Shown: positions 13,141-27,142, counted from the stretch's first letter. The stretch: DNA of 64,000 nt from Heterodontus francisci (GCF_036365525.1 NC_090382.1:27934219-27998218); one strand, 5' to 3'. Translations and numbers: made by a program. Notes: generated by a model not told the origin, from the letters alone.

Positions 13141-14067
13141 GGTTATGACCAGGTGAGAAAGGTATTTAGAGGTCTTTTACTGTCTTCACCTGGTCTTATT
13201 GTAACAGAGTTTAATTTTTAACACACTGTGTTTTGAGCTCCCCTTTTGTGAATCCTTGTTCACAGCTTTCCAATTATAAGGCAAAAAATGAGCACAAACA
13301 GGCCTTCATAGGTTTAAAGAAGAAAATTGAAATGTATTTAACCTTAAACTTAAACTCTAATACAGTTAATGCCTACGGATATATGACATGCCCACGCTAG
13401 CATGCACACATGATACACACATGTAAATGGGGACAGAAAAGAGCAGCAGAAAAACAAAATGGAGAGGTTTGAGGCAGTCTCGAAAGGAGGTTTCTTGTTA
13501 CTGTTTCTGTGTTTCCAGCTCACCGTAGATTCCTTGATTGTAGGCAGCTCTTACTTTTCTTTGGGGCCCAGTATTCTTCTTAAACCTTGTTCACTGTAGG
13601 AGATTTTTCTCTCTTGGTGTTCATATTTCTTCAATTGTTTCCGAAGCTGGTGAGAGCTAGATGAGAGCAGACAGGAGAGAGATGTTCTCAGTCCAGGAGC
13701 TAACCGTCTTCATAATTCAAATTCCTTGTTGGAAGCTCAAATTCAAAAACCGCCAACAGTCAGTCATGTGACCAAACTGGCCTGACCACGACTGTGTATT
13801 CAGCCATTTTAGCAGTTAACCTGGAATGTTAGTCTTTCCACCTTCAATGTCTGGTAATCAAAAGTCCATTGTGGATTAAATTGGAGCAGGGACTAGCCCC
13901 TTTGTTCTTTGAAGTATTGTCTGTGGATATGCTAATGTCTCTCTCCAGCCAAAGTTTCCAATTGTTTTTTAAAGCAAGTTCTTTCTTCACCATCAGCCAT
14001 TTAAAATCAATGTTCATGTGGCGAAAGTAATTTTCCTCATTCTTGGCAGGTGGAGGTTTGCCTGACA
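13141..14067. mobile_element. Solo LTR (Gypsy-type LTR retrotransposon)
   Basis: Starts ggttatgaccaggtgag (TG mutated) and ends cctgaCA; 4-bp flanks ACAT / ACAC; start resembles the elements at 23700 and 54873. Confidence 0.7.
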
Positions 14068-15100
14068 ACACAAAGAACCAAAGACAAACTGTGCATAGCC
14101 TAAAAAGCACAAGACATATACACTGAATCAAGAATACAATACAAGTATTACATAGAATTACAGGGTTTGTAGGATTGGAGGAGGTTACAAGAGTAGCGAG
14201 GGGTGAGGCCATGGAGGGATTTGAAAGCAAAGCTGAGAGTTTTAAAATTTTAAACAGTAAAGATTGAGTTGCTGCTTTTTCCTCGTCCTAATATAATCAT
14301 GAAAAATATGCTTCATGATCTTAATTCCACTTAAAATAATGCAAATCAATCATCCCTGTCAATTTCAGCCTTTTTAAACCGCTGCCACCTCCTTTGTGAA
14401 TGTCTTTCAGAAAAGTGACATTTAGTAAGGCAGTCATGCAAATACATTAAAATAGTGCTGCAGGAAGAACAGCAGTGAGCTGGTACGGAAGGAAGGTAAC
14501 TATGAACAGCTGCTTGAACTGCCCAAAATAGCTTGCCAACTTAACAAGGTTTAATTGGACCCTTTGTAATTTACCTATGTAATGGCAAGTTGTCAGCACT
14601 ATTTGCCGGATGTTGGGAACTGCCCATGATAAGCGAGGACAGAGACTTGGTGGGGACAGTATAGAGATACATTTATTTATTTATATATAAAAAATACAAT
14701 GTAAATTTACACTTTTGTCATGTTATTTCTGTTGCATAATACAAATTATTGGATAATTGTATTATTTTAAGTGTTAAGAAAACTATTCTGAAGTATCAAG
14801 AATAGACTGAAATGGTAGGATATATTCTATAATGTACTTCTATTCATTTTTACAGTTACATGTAAATATTTTAGACATTGTGGATGAGAAATTGGGCTGT
14901 GTAGCTCCTATTTTTCAGATGCTAGGTGACCTAAGAAGGAAGTGCTTGTACACAGCTAGCCGGAATTGCGACACCCACTGCTGTATTATTATATTATCAG
15001 AAAATTATTTAGGGACTATATTGTTCATGCGTATGTATACATATATATCCATAATACCACATCAACCTGTACTAGACATACATTGTACATACCACCACAC

Positions 15101-15468
15101 TTTTTTAAAATTTGTTTTTGGGCGTTGCTGGCAGACCAGCATTTATTAGCCCATCACTAATTGCCCTTGAACTGAGTGGCTTGCTAGGCCATTTCAGAAG
15201 GCAGTTAAGAGTCGACCATATTGTTGTGAGTCTGGAATCACATGTAGGCCAGACCAGGTAAGGACAGTAGATTTCCTTCCCTGAAGGACATTAGTGAACC
15301 AGATGGGTTTTTATAACAATTGACAATCGTTTCATGGTCATCATTAAACCAGATGTATTAATTGAATTCAAATTTCAGCATCTGCCATGGTGGAATACGA
15401 ACCCATGAGCATTAGCCCAGGCCTCTGGATTACTAGTCCACTGACATTACCACTGTGCCAACGCCTGC
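15101..15468 (-). mobile_element. tRNA-headed SINE sharing both 5' and 3' ends with the LINE at 36572-40900
   Basis: Minus strand: A box TGGCACAGTGG, B box-like GGTTCGTATTCC, body matching 36578-36871, tail caagggcaattag..aataaatgctgg matching 40826-40880. Confidence 0.85.
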
Positions 15469-16026
15469 CCAGAGATGTGTAAAATATAAGAGATGCAAGC
15501 TCCAGTATCTGAGTTATAAAGTGTGATTATTTCAGAGCTCTGAGAAGCACCAAGATATAACACCCACTATATTTGGGAAGAACAAACAAGAGGCATTCTT
15601 TACCCACACATAAAGCAGGCGTTAGAACCTCTGCATATGCAAATTAGGGGTCTAACACCTGCTTGAGGTCCCCATTCCAGCAGTTTTGCCCTGAGGTAAC
15701 CAGTGCCATTGTGGGTTCATTCAGGGAGATCAGTCTTAGGAATTGCCTGCCAACCAAGAAGTTGGAGTAGTTCCTGTTGACCAGTAATTTTGCAATTCAC
15801 AGTATAAAATGTCTTTGTATTTACATTTCATTTTATATAATATGCATTTGCATTCATCCAAATCTATATTCATGTTTAAATATTTAATTATTTTGTATTT
15901 TCTACATTGAACATGTTTAGTTCTCACTCCTTACAGATATTTATCTATGTGGATTTCCATTATATTTGCATTTGGTAAGGTGATCTTGATGATGATACTG
16001 TAGCTGATTGTGTTTTCAACTGATTA

Positions 16027-16850
16027 TAAGAACACATGAACAATGACAGGCATTGATCAAGGTCCCAGGCTCCATCACCAATCGGTAATTAGGTCTCGGT
16101 AATCAACCTGCTCTCGGCTGACATAGTATTTGGGACATCAACTGGGTCCAAAAGGGGAATAAATCAGCCCAAACATACCAACATTCATTGACAAACAGGA
16201 AATGACCCTTTGGTCCATCCAGCCTCTCCCCCACAAATGCAATACCTTGTGCTTCACAATATGTACACTCCCTACCCCACCCGAAAGCCATGTGACCTCC
16301 TGGGCGAGGCGAAGAAACAGATTAAAAACCCAGGCCAATCAGGGTTCAAAAAATATGAGTAATTCTTCTTCGACCATCGTAGGTGATCAAAACTAGACCA
16401 GGATCTCACTCTGGTTCTGATTAATGATAGGCAACGTTTGTACTAGGTGATCTCCACCCCAGCCAGAAACAGGTCCGGCTCTCATTTGAAGGAATTAAGT
16501 GAATCAGCGTCCACCACACAAGCCAGTAGCCTGCTCCTGACGCCCATTATTCTCAGAAAAAAACCACCTCATGACATTGTAACTTGAAATTGTGACCTCT
16601 GGTGCTCCCTAAACAATTCAATTGAAACAAGCTATCTGCACAAACACAATCTATTCCCTTCATTATTTTGTAAACCTTGATCAAATCACCCTTCAGTCTA
16701 CACATCTAAAATGCAGTGTCTCAGTACTTTCAGCCTGTCTTGATAACCAAGATGCTTCAATCTGTAAATTAATTGTATGGCTCTCCTCAGCACCCTTTCC
16801 AAGGCTCAATATCACCCATAATATGATGAAACCAAAACTCGATACTGTTG
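16027..16850 (-). mobile_element. Old CR1 3' end with long 3' UTR
   Basis: Tail ataagaaca at left; CR1 ORF2 remnants (ttttgtaaaccttgatcaaatcacccttcag); first ~140 bp repeated at 17693-17830. Confidence 0.6.
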
Positions 16851-17692
16851 TCTTTATTCTGGGTTTAATTTTGATATCCGATTTAACTATGAGCAATGCA
16901 GATATCATACTGTGTGAAATAACCAACTGGTTTATTTAAAGAACATTAACAATAAAAGATCTTGTAGATTGGAGCACACATCATAACAGCAGCCTGTGTC
17001 CATGAGACAGATTCCAAAATGTCTTTTGGAAGCCTCCAGAAATCTCCCATAATTCTACTTCTGCTCTCTAGCTCTACCCAGAGGTTAAACAATCAAACTG
17101 ATCAGCCAGACACTACAGATACAGTATTCTAGCTAAGGTCTGACGCAAAACCCTTTGTGTGAGGCAGCATGCTGTAGCAGATTGCAGATATCTTTTGAGT
17201 CATGGGGACATTCACAGGTGTTTACCTTGTGGAGAGGACATGCCTCCCATCCTTCTGTGGTAAAACCCTGATGCTTTTTGTCCCATTAAAATCAAGCAAC
17301 ATAGGTCAAAATCTCACCCACCTCCCCCAAAACTTGACAATAGTTGTGACTGTTGATACACTTGAGGCATTTATTATTTTATGAGTTGCTCTCCATGCAG
17401 TTGCACATGGAGAGCCAGGACCAGGTATAGTCTTCAAGTAAAGTGGAGCTGAGAGGGTGCGGGGTGATTGTACTGCCTATAAACAACATATGGAAGTACT
17501 CGTTTAGTTAGGAAAACAAGAGTTGAAATTAATTTTGGGTGGTGGTGCAAAATGGCCGACAACGAATCAACTGCCTGCTTTTCAGCTGTTTATACTAAAA
17601 TCTAAGACAAATTTCACCCCTGGGCTGTATATTTGCATTGAATAGGGTTCTCTTAATGCTGAGACTGCAGCTGTTTGTGGTTTCAAACAATC

Positions 17693-17830
17693 ATAAGAAC
17701 ATACAGACAATGACGGGCATTGATTCAGGTTCCAGGCTCCATCATCAGTTGGTAATGAGGTCAGCTGCTCTCGGCTGACATAGTATTTGAGGCTTCAACA
17801 CTACCACTGGGTCAGAAAGGGGAATAAAGT
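17693..17830 (-). repeat. Second copy of the terminal ~140 bp of the 16027 element
   Basis: ataagaaca..caatgac.ggcattgat..ggctccatca..ctctcggctgacatagtatttg present in both. Confidence 0.75.
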
Positions 17831-19689
17831 AGTCCTTCACCCATTTCTCTAACCAAATTTCAACAACTTGCATTTCCATGGCACCATTAATGTAGTTGCT
17901 TTCTGAAGGCAAAAGGGAAAAACAGTCAGCAAACTAGGCAGAAGATATTAGGGAAGTGTGTGGAGAAGTTTACTCAAAGAGATGGGTTTTAAGGATGGTC
18001 TTAAAGGATGGAGGAAGGCATCTACGAAGGCAGTTTTAGCCATGGGCCTGGCAGCGGAAAGCAGAGCCATCAGCAGTGGGACAAAAGAGAAGCACAAGAG
18101 GCAAGAATCAGAGGAAATAGAGAGTTTGGGAGTGGAGAGTTATATGGGGCTGGAAGAGGGGGGTGAGACAATACAGGGACTTAAACACAAGCATGAGAAT
18201 TTACAATTTTGAGGCACTGAGGGGATGATGAATAAATAGTGCTTGCAGCAGGACAGGATATGAGTAGCAGAGTTTCAGCGGAGAATTTTGTGCTCTCCGC
18301 TGCAACAGATCAGGTGGCGTGCAGGGTGATATAATTAGGCGGGAGATGTTTTTCGGATTTCCGACAGTGGGAATTAAGTTGGTGGCTGGTTTGTGGCGTT
18401 CCGGGGCTCCCCCAGCACAGTGGTGGATTTCAGCTTTGCATTCATTTAAATAATACGAATACTCATTGCCATATGCATAATTACAATTTAGTCCTACCTG
18501 CCAGATTAAGTGAACAGTAAGGGATATTCCCATGCCACCTGGTTCACAATTGTTTCAACGTGGCGTGCAAGGATTTGTGTTGTTGAGTCTCAGGACTGTG
18601 CTCTTCTCTCTTTAACTCATCCGCTAAACTAAAGTCAGCATTGGAATGGATGTTTGCCTTCAGGCTCAGCACCAGCAAGGGTGAATCATCTCAGGGAATG
18701 GCAGTGAAGACGTGTGTGGGGGCAACATGGAGGAGCAGGGGATGGTAGTCGGAGAGGGAAAGGTGGAGCAATTGGGTGCATGGAGGACCAGGGAAGGGTA
18801 GTCTGGGAGGGAAGGCTGGGGCAACCGGGTACATGAATGAGCAGGGGAAAGGACTCGGACAGGGAAGGGTGGGGTTGATTAGGTGCATCAAAGACCAGGG
18901 GAGGGTGGAGCATCCAGGTTGTTGAATGGTTGATTTTGATGCTGAAGCTGCATATTGGCAGTTGTGGGGGAGATGGGTGAATTAAATCAGTACAGTGTGA
19001 AGATATTTGGCAAGGGCCTAAAGGGAGGGATGAGTGCTGTCAACATCAGGGAACTGTGGGGCAAATTGAGGGTACTGGCTAGCAGAGGGAATGGTCACAG
19101 TCAATGGGGGAAAATGGATTCTGTACGGAGGAAGGTCAAGTCTAATGGGTGGGTGTTCGACAGCTTCACATGGAGGGGAATGGGACTCGGCAACAATGGT
19201 CAGTTCGATGTGAGGAGGGTCGAGGATAAGAGTCAGCATGTTGATAGCAACAGGAATAGGAACAGTGGGGAGGGATGGCATGAATACATTGATGATTACA
19301 CTGTGCACAGTAATGGGGAGGCTCAACGGTTACGGAGGGAAGTGAAACAGTAACATTGGGTGGGTCAAGGGTGATGGGTTCAAGCTGGAAGGTTGCAGGA
19401 AGAGGTTGGAGGTGGGGGGAACTTGCTCTTAATTCTACGCGCACCATTTTCTGCAACGATAATGGAAACCACATGGACAGTCAAGGTTTGCAAGGAGCGT
19501 GGGAGGAGGAAAACGACAATAGGTGTGTCTTCTATCTGGCTGCAATTTGTTGGCAGATATGAGGGAGCTGTTCATTGCCTCGATATTTCAGCTCAGTGTC
19601 AGCAAAGGGCTGAAATGACACACTCTGCTTATTTATTGTTCAGAAAAGCCACAGCGGTCATACACCCAATTTGAGAGTTCTTTTCCCTC

Positions 19690-20695
19690 AACTCATGATG
19701 CCTGAGTCCCAGCAACAGGCAGAACAGGAAGGTGAGGATGCTCCGAATGATGACATCCAGGAAAGGTCTTATCAAAGATGGGCACTGGCATGTCATCGCA
19801 TCCTCAATTTACCTTCAAATGTCAGAGAGACAATGTCAGAGAAACCTAAGGATGTCACGTGAAATGGTAACGAAATTTGTAGGATCCTGCGGCATGACCT
19901 ACAGCTGTTCAGCTTCACTGGGAATCCCATGCCTGTTGCCCTCAAGGTGACTGCTGCACTCAATTCTTTTTTTCCAATAGCTCCTTCCAGGGATCCATGG
20001 GCGACATATGCGGCATCTCGCAGTGTGTGACCCACATATGAATCAAAGAGGTGACCAAAGCCCTTTTTCATCGTGCCAATGATTTCTCAACTTACCTGTC
20101 GAAGTCTGTGGCCTTCGGTGCCACCGCTGGTCTCCCTGGAGTGCAATGGGTGATCGGCTGTACTCATGTGGCCATTAGAGCTCCCTGGGACCAGCCTGCT
20201 GTCTTTATTAATCGCAAAGGCTTCCACTCTTTAAATGTGCAACTGGTTTGCAACTACATGAGAAGAGTCATGCATGTTTGTGCACATTTCCCAGGGAGCT
20301 GTCATAACATTTTGAGGAACTGCTAGCTGCCAGCTGTCTTTAAGGAACCAGCCAAAGTGGACACCTGGATCCTGGGTGACAAGGGTTACCCGCTTTGTAC
20401 ATGGTTGATAACACCTGTACATCATCCCCAAAGCACTGTTGAAGAGAGGTACAATGTCACCCAGGCATCCACCAGAGCCATCGTTGAACATACCATTGGC
20501 ATGCTGAAAATGTGATTCCATTGCCTTGTTTGTTCTGGAGGGGCTTTTCAGTACGCGCCACAGAGGGTGTCATGAATAATTTCCATCTGCTGTGCATTGG
20601 ACAACCTTGCAATTAGACATGGCAACTTTCTGCAGGTGGAAGAACAGGAGGAACACCAGTCCTCCTCAGATGAGGATGACAATGACGAGGGCTAG
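19690..20695 (+). pseudogene. Harbinger (HARBI1-type) transposase pseudogene
   Basis: MPVALKVTAALN, GDICGISQ, GLPGVQWVIGCTHVAIRAP..FINRKGFHSLNVQLVC..FPGSCH, WILGDKGYPLCTWLITP, TRAIVEHTIGMLK, CCALDNLA; stops and frameshifts. Confidence 0.92.
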
Positions 20696-21184
20696 GGAGA
20701 GACTTGCAAAGGACAGCAGGGAGAAACTCATGTATGCACGTTTCAACCAACAATAAGCCACATCATCAAGGAACGTTGGGAGGAGAAACATAACAACTCT
20801 CCACAGAAATTACTTTTGCATGAGTTCTTATTCATCACTGCAATTTTAACCAAGTGTTACTGCACTTTCATGTGATTGGCATTTGGAATCATCTATGGAC
20901 TACGATGAATGCGACTGCACAACACTGCAAGCAGCGTTAAGTTATGACCATGGAAAACAAAAGTCAGGCATGACAGTATTGGAAAAAGTTATTAATCATC
21001 AATAGGAAAACAGCCATCATTGAAGAGTGAAGAACACTGGCATTTCCTGAGATGCTTTGCAAACATCATTTCATTCCTGATATAGGCCTCCAAAAATTAC
21101 TGAGTTGGATCAAATTTTGCATGAAATAAAAATATATTAATAAAGTTTTTCAATTGTCATAATTTGTACAGCACACCTTCATGA

Positions 21185-22884
21185 TCAAAACTCTTTCAGT
21201 TTCCTTTTTCGACCATTACGTCCAGGTGCTACCCCGACATTAGCAGCTGAGATGGAGGCAATCTGCTCAGTGCACTGCCCCGTTACTGTGGATGACCGTG
21301 GCGGGCATCCTCTGGAAGAATGGGGCTTTGATGGCTCCATCCTACTGGGTTCTGCAGCAATGGTGCTTGAGTATTCCCAGTGTGCCCGCCTGCTGGAGGT
21401 AAGGGGGTTAATGTCAGGGGGAGGACGAGACGTTGCTGAGAGGAAGGTCCTAGGACAGCTGGCACACGCTCCTCCTCCATCTGTGTGCACAATGGCACCT
21501 GCCTGTCTGCCTGAGGGGAAAGAGCACCTGGAGAGGGGTCCAGGTTCCTCGACCCCCTCTCACTTAGACTCTGCTGCAAGGAGCCAACGACAACAGTGAT
21601 GGAGTGTGGGCAGGTTGCATATGGCTTAAGTGCTCAACCAGATTCGCCATGGAGCCTGCCAGACTCTCGACTGAAGAAGCCATATGCTCAAATGCCTGGG
21701 ATATGGCAGACGTCATGGCTTGCATGGACTCCTCCATGGCATGCGCAAAGCCACGCATGACCTCAGGCATCTCCGACATATTTTCCACATGGCTTTGCTG
21801 CACATCCAGCAGACTTCCCATAGCAACAGACAGAAGATCATTATGAACATGAGGCTGAGCAGGGGGCTGATCGCCAGCAATCCTCTGATTGTCAGGGGAC
21901 CTGGCTGACACATGCCCCCTCAGCTGCTGGGACGTGTCTGCATCGTGACCACTAGCTTGTGACCCAGCTTCTAATCTTAAACCCCTGCAGACCTTGTGGA
22001 TGTATCTGCACTGGCGGAGGTGGCAGACAAGGCAGGTGATGGATACCCTCTAGGCATTGGCTTCATCTTCCACTCCAGAGGAGGAGTCTTGGGCCATGCG
22101 GCATTCTGTGACTTGAGTGTGGGTACCTGCAGTGGAGTTACAAACAAAGGCACTTCAAGCATGTGCTTCACATAGGTTCACACAATTTCCTTCAGTTTCC
22201 ACATATGGCGACAAGAATAGAGATGACACTTCATCCTTACACCTTGTGACTCCTGCCTTGCCATCTCAGCTTGTCCTGCCTCCCTCCTCTCTTGCGATCT
22301 CCGACGCCTCCTCCTCAGCCATGTTCAGCAGCTTTATGTCAGGGACCCCTCCTCCAGTTCTAGCACACTCATGCTGGTTGTGCCTTTGTTTATCCTGCAG
22401 AGACAGTGCAGATTTAATGACATAGAATACAATACATCACAACAATTGTATACATGGATTAACATCACTCATTCTAGATTGGCTTTCGCATGACTCATCC
22501 AATCACATAAACAATGCCAATCTTCATCTTGGTGAATCATTTAGTGAATGGTACCAAGGCTTCTCACGCATGCCACTGCATTGTCTTCCCTCTGCCTTAA
22601 AGACACGGAGCCATGGAAGAAAACAATGGAGCAGCTTCACCAAGACCACTTACCCTCACCAATATGAGCAAGTCATTGATGCGCTGGCCGCACTGCACTC
22701 ATGTTCTACGAATTACTCCATGGTTCGAGGCTACCTCCATCCAGGCTGCGTAGATGAGGTGGAAGGATCTTCGCACTCCATCTGCAAGGAAGAGGACCTC
22801 CCGCCTTTCCCTGACGGCCTGGAGGAGAACCTGCAGGGAGGCATCACTGAACCGGGGGCTGGTCTCTGCTTACTGGCTGACATG
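21185..22884 (-). pseudogene. Harbinger Myb/SANT gene, three exons (approx. 22884-22652, 22396-22241, 22127-21185)
   Basis: MSASKQRPAP(R)FSDASLQVLLQAVRERREVLF; gtaagt donor; exon 2 DKQRHNQHECARTGGG; coiled-coil-like exon 3 (AHAMEESMQAMTSAISQAFEHMASSVESLAGSM). Confidence 0.8.
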
Positions 22885-23384
22885 TGATTCACTTTGGTGC
22901 AGGTAAAACAAATGATGTGAAGTTGGTAGTGACTTTCACAAAATAAGTGAGACAGAAACATTTTGACTTAATTAAAAGCTTAAATTAAGGTAGTCTGAAG
23001 ATACGTACATGAAAGGAAGGCTGCTGATCCTTCAGGCTGCAAGTACGGAATGTTTTCTATTTAGTGATCATCACGCTTGGGGCAGTGATGGTGGGTACCA
23101 CCAATGAAAGGCCATCGCTACTGCATGATCCCATCTGACCCCATGCCTGTTGCCGCATGACTAATTACAAACAAAATCACGTGGGAAACGGAATTTGCGG
23201 TGGAAGCGGATGTAACAACAATTTCGCGTCCCACTATCAGGAGCGGTGCAACACTCATAAGAGTCCATCCTTCAACAAGTTGAAGTTTATGAAGAGTGGA
23301 AGCCGGTCAAGAATTACAATAATCAAGAACTGAAAATGGTAAGCATGGATGAGGGTATCAGCAGTAGATAGAATGAATGAATCA

Positions 23385-25675
23385 TAGAATGGTTACAGTA
23401 CAGCAGGAGACAATCGGCCTATCATGTACATGCTAGCTCTCTGCAAAAGCAAAGCAGCTAATCCCATTCATGAGTCCTTTCCCCATAGCCCTGCAATCTT
23501 TTTTCTCTTCAGCTGCTTGCCCAATTCTCTTTTGAAAGCCATGTTTGAATCTGTCTCCAGCACACTTTCAGACACTGCATTCCAGATCCTAAACACTCAC
23601 TGCGTAAAAATATTTTTCCTCATGTCACAATTGCTTCTTTTGCCAAGCACCTTATATCATCTGTTTCTCCACACTTCCGCCAATGGGAACAGTTTATCTT
23701 GTTCTGATCAGGTGAGGAGGGGTTTAAAGGCTCCCCTCTTGTCCCTTTCCTTGTTTGACTGCAACAGGGTTTATTTCTTTTAGACAGTGGATGCGCTTAT
23801 CAATTCAGTGAGTGTTTAACCCTTTATGTACTATGGTCACAAAAGAAGCAATTGGATAGGTTTTCTTGATTTTGAACAAGAAAGAGTTTCGTTTATTGTA
23901 ATTAAAACCAACACTCGATCTAAATAAAATAATAAACTACATTCCAACTTTCACATACACACACAAGAATCACACACACACATATAGGTTACAGAGTGAA
24001 AAAGAATAGACTGGTTGGAATAGAGTCCAGAACAAAAAAATGAATATACAGTCTGTGGAGTCTGGTAATTCAGTGGTCTTCCGGCTGAACTCATGGTCCT
24101 GATGCTTCTAGCTAGTAGAGGGGGCCATCTGGTTCAGGGTTTTCTTAGAGACAGTGATATAGATGGCTCTCTGTCTGGGAATCTTTGTCTGCAGCAACAA
24201 TAGACTTGGATGTTTTGCAGCCCGCAAGCTGGGTGTGAACTTATAGCATTGCCTAGACAGACAGAGAGAGACAGACTCCACTTCTGCCCTTTACTGGTCA
24301 AACTCAAGTGCTTGTCTGCTGTAGCCAAAAGAAACTGCAAGTTTTCACACAGATAGAGAAACTGTCTCATGACTGTCCACTGTAATGTCTCTTTTGCATA
24401 TTAATGAATTCAAGTCTTAAGAATTCCAATTTCTCTCTGGGGTCCCATTGTTCCGGTGTTTACCCTTTGAGGTTTGTCTCCACCAGTCTTAATGTTCCAA
24501 GATGGCTTTGAATGTCTTGTTAATGGAGGTGAGGCAGGTAGCTCATTCAAAATTCGTAAACCACTGTTCAGGTGGGATATTAATCCAGATGTTCATCTCC
24601 ACCTTGACACCTTGATATGTGAGGTATTTCAATGCAAATTGCAGTGGCCATTTTAGCTGCTTTGTTTTTAAAAGTTCAATTCAAGTTCTTTGTCTCCTGC
24701 TTTCTTTTTAAAGTTTGGTTTAAGTTTTCAACCGATGGATTACAAAAAAAATCATTTGGCATAGCACATGTTCATAATGTTGTCTATCTACTCTGTCTAT
24801 ACCTCTCATGATTTGGAAAACTTCTATCAAAACTCCTCTCAACTTTTTCTTCTCAGAGGACAGCAGCCCCAGCTTCTCCAATCTATCTGTGTAACTGAAG
24901 TCCTTCATACCTGGATTCCTTCTTGTGAATCTTTTCTGCACCCTCTCTAATGACTTCACATCCTTCCTAAAGTGTGATGCTCAGAACTGTACACTATGCT
25001 CCAGCTGAGGCCGAACCAGTGTTTTATAAAGGTTCATTATAACTTCTTTGCTTTTGTACTCTATAGCTATATTTATAAAATCCAGGATCCCATATGCCTT
25101 TTTAACAGCTTTCTCGACGTGTATTGTCACCTTCAATGATTTGTGCATATATATCCCCAGGTCTCTCTGTTGCTGCACCCCTTTAGAATTGCAGCCTTTA
25201 ATTTATATTGCCTGCTTTTATTCTTCCTACCAAATGTATCAATTCAGACTTCTCTGTATTAAATTTAATTTGCCATGTGTCCACACATTCACGATGTCCT
25301 CCTGAAGTCTATCACTATCCTCCTCACAGTTCACAATACTTCCAAGTTTTGTATTATCTGCAAATATGGAAATTGTGCCCTGTACACCCAAGTCTAGGTC
25401 ATTACTATGTATCAAGACAAGCAGTGGTCCTAGTACCGATCACTGGGGGACTCCACTGTATATCATCCTCCACTCTGAAAACAACCATTCACCACTACTC
25501 TCTGTTTCCTGTAACTCAGCCAACTTCAGATCCATACTGCCACATACTGTCCATTTTAGTCCATGAGATTCAACTTTGCTGGTCAGTCTATTATCTGCCA
25601 CTTTATAAAACCACCTTTTGGAATTCCATGTGCCCCACATCAACTACATTACCCTCATCAACCCTCTCTGTTAAG
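23385..25675 (-). mobile_element. CR1 3' fragment interrupted by a solo LTR
   Basis: [32 protein letters not shown] motifs; sequence resumes after 24780. Confidence 0.85.
23700..24779. mobile_element. Solo LTR (Gypsy-type) inserted in CR1; right end approximate
   Basis: Starts TGttctgatcaggtgaggagg (similar to 13141); ~1.08 kb non-coding block interrupting contiguous CR1 sequence. Confidence 0.65.
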
Positions 25676-26830
25676 CTGCGAAAGGAAGATGTCTGGTGAT
25701 GTGGATGTATGCGGCCTTTGTAATGAGCAAGACATGTGATCAAAAACCCAACTCAGATTCAAATAAGACGCCATTTTAATTGACAATCTGGTTCAGCCTG
25801 AGACAGTAGACAAGCAGAGTGATAGAATCTGTAGCAATCAAATGGAGTGTTTGTCGAGGGCTAAAGGCTTTGATTTTCCCAATGTTTAGCTGGAGGAAGG
25901 TAAAACTTATACAGGATTAGATGTCGGAGAAGCAATCTGACAGTACAGAGTAAGTGGAAAGGCTGAGAGAGGTGATGGAGTGATAAAGCTGGGCCTCTTC
26001 AATGCACATGTGGAAGCTGAATCCATGGATGAGGTCACCAAGTGGCAGTATATAGATGAGGAGGTTGAGGGGATTAATAGATCCTTGGGGGATTCCAGAG
26101 GTGACAGTGTAGGATTGGGAAGAGAAGTCATGACTGGAGATGCTGTGACTTTTATTGGATAGTTAAGAGTAAATCCTGCAAAGGCAGTCTCACCAAAATG
26201 GAGATGTTGGAGGAGAATAATATGGATTGTCATGTTGAAGAAGCAGAGACAGTCACATTGATTGTGACTTTGATTTGGGCCATTTCAGTGTTGTGGGAGG
26301 GTCAGAAACCTGACTGGAGGGTATCAGACAAAGGAGTTGTGGGAGAGATGGGCATAGATCTGGGAAGGGACAAGTTGAAGCAACTTAGAGATGGGACATG
26401 GTTGGCAAGGATAAGGAGATGAGGGTGATTTTTTGGGAGAGTGGAATGTTGATGGCAATTTTTAAATGGAGGTGGGCAGACTGGGCAGCTAGTTTGTTAT
26501 CGGCCAGCACAGACATGACGGGCTGAATGGCCTCCTTCTGTGCTGTAATTTTTCTCTGGTTCTAAAGGAGAAAAGTTTACAATATCAGTTAGCATGGGCG
26601 CCAAAAGGAGAAATTGGGAATGGGGTTGAAGGAACAGGAGGAGGATCCCCAGGAGAAGAGCTACTTGTAAAGGCCAGGGTAAAGTGATAGGAGAGAAACT
26701 ACAAATTCAGGCCTGGCGTAAGTCCAGGACTGAGCAGATATTTGCCTTTGTGGGCAAGAGGAAGAAGACAAAAGGAAGGGTAGGAACCAGCTGAACAGAT
26801 AGTTGAAATTTTGATGACAACAAATACTCT
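25676..26830 (-). mobile_element. Degenerate L2 ORF2 fragment with a short CR1 tail (~26475-26562)
   Basis: L2-like sequence (tttgggccatttcagtgttgtgggagggtcagaaacctgactgg); CR1 tail ggcctccttctgtgctgtaa. Confidence 0.55.
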
Positions 26831-27142
26831 GAGCTCTCCACACTTGTATCGAAATTCATAAAATTGTATTAGAAAAAGAAAGAAAACCAGTCAGTTGCAA
26901 CCTATAGACAAACTCTTCCAACAACAGAAAACGCCTACTGAGGTAGCAATAAGAATGTCTATTACCACTAATTCACTGTAGCAATCAAGCTTAACAATGG
27001 GAAGAGAAATAAAGTTCAAGATCTCATATTGCTTTCTGAGCTGCAGCCTGAAATTTACAATAACCTTCCAATCTGCAATTTATCTCACCAAAGAGCATTT
27101 CTACTCTGATTGACCGCTCTCTATTTAACATTAGTTGTACTT

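Larger units (their letters stand above)
18277..23270. mobile_element. PIF/Harbinger DNA transposon copy 2, near full length
   Basis: Transposase (+) and three-exon Myb/SANT gene (-) are convergent; possible TTC TSD; TIRs weak. Confidence 0.85.
17860..23372 (-). mobile_element. L2 fragment split by Harbinger copy 2 (pieces 17860-18276 and 23271-23372)
   Basis: gcagagtttc | ttcaacaagttgaagtttatg rejoins to L2 sequence like that at 12740-12870. Confidence 0.6.

Noticed and set aside
16027-16050. ataagaaca motif resembling the reverse complement of part of U2 snRNA
   Set aside because: Explained by the CR1 (ttcttatg)-type tail; no extended U2 match.
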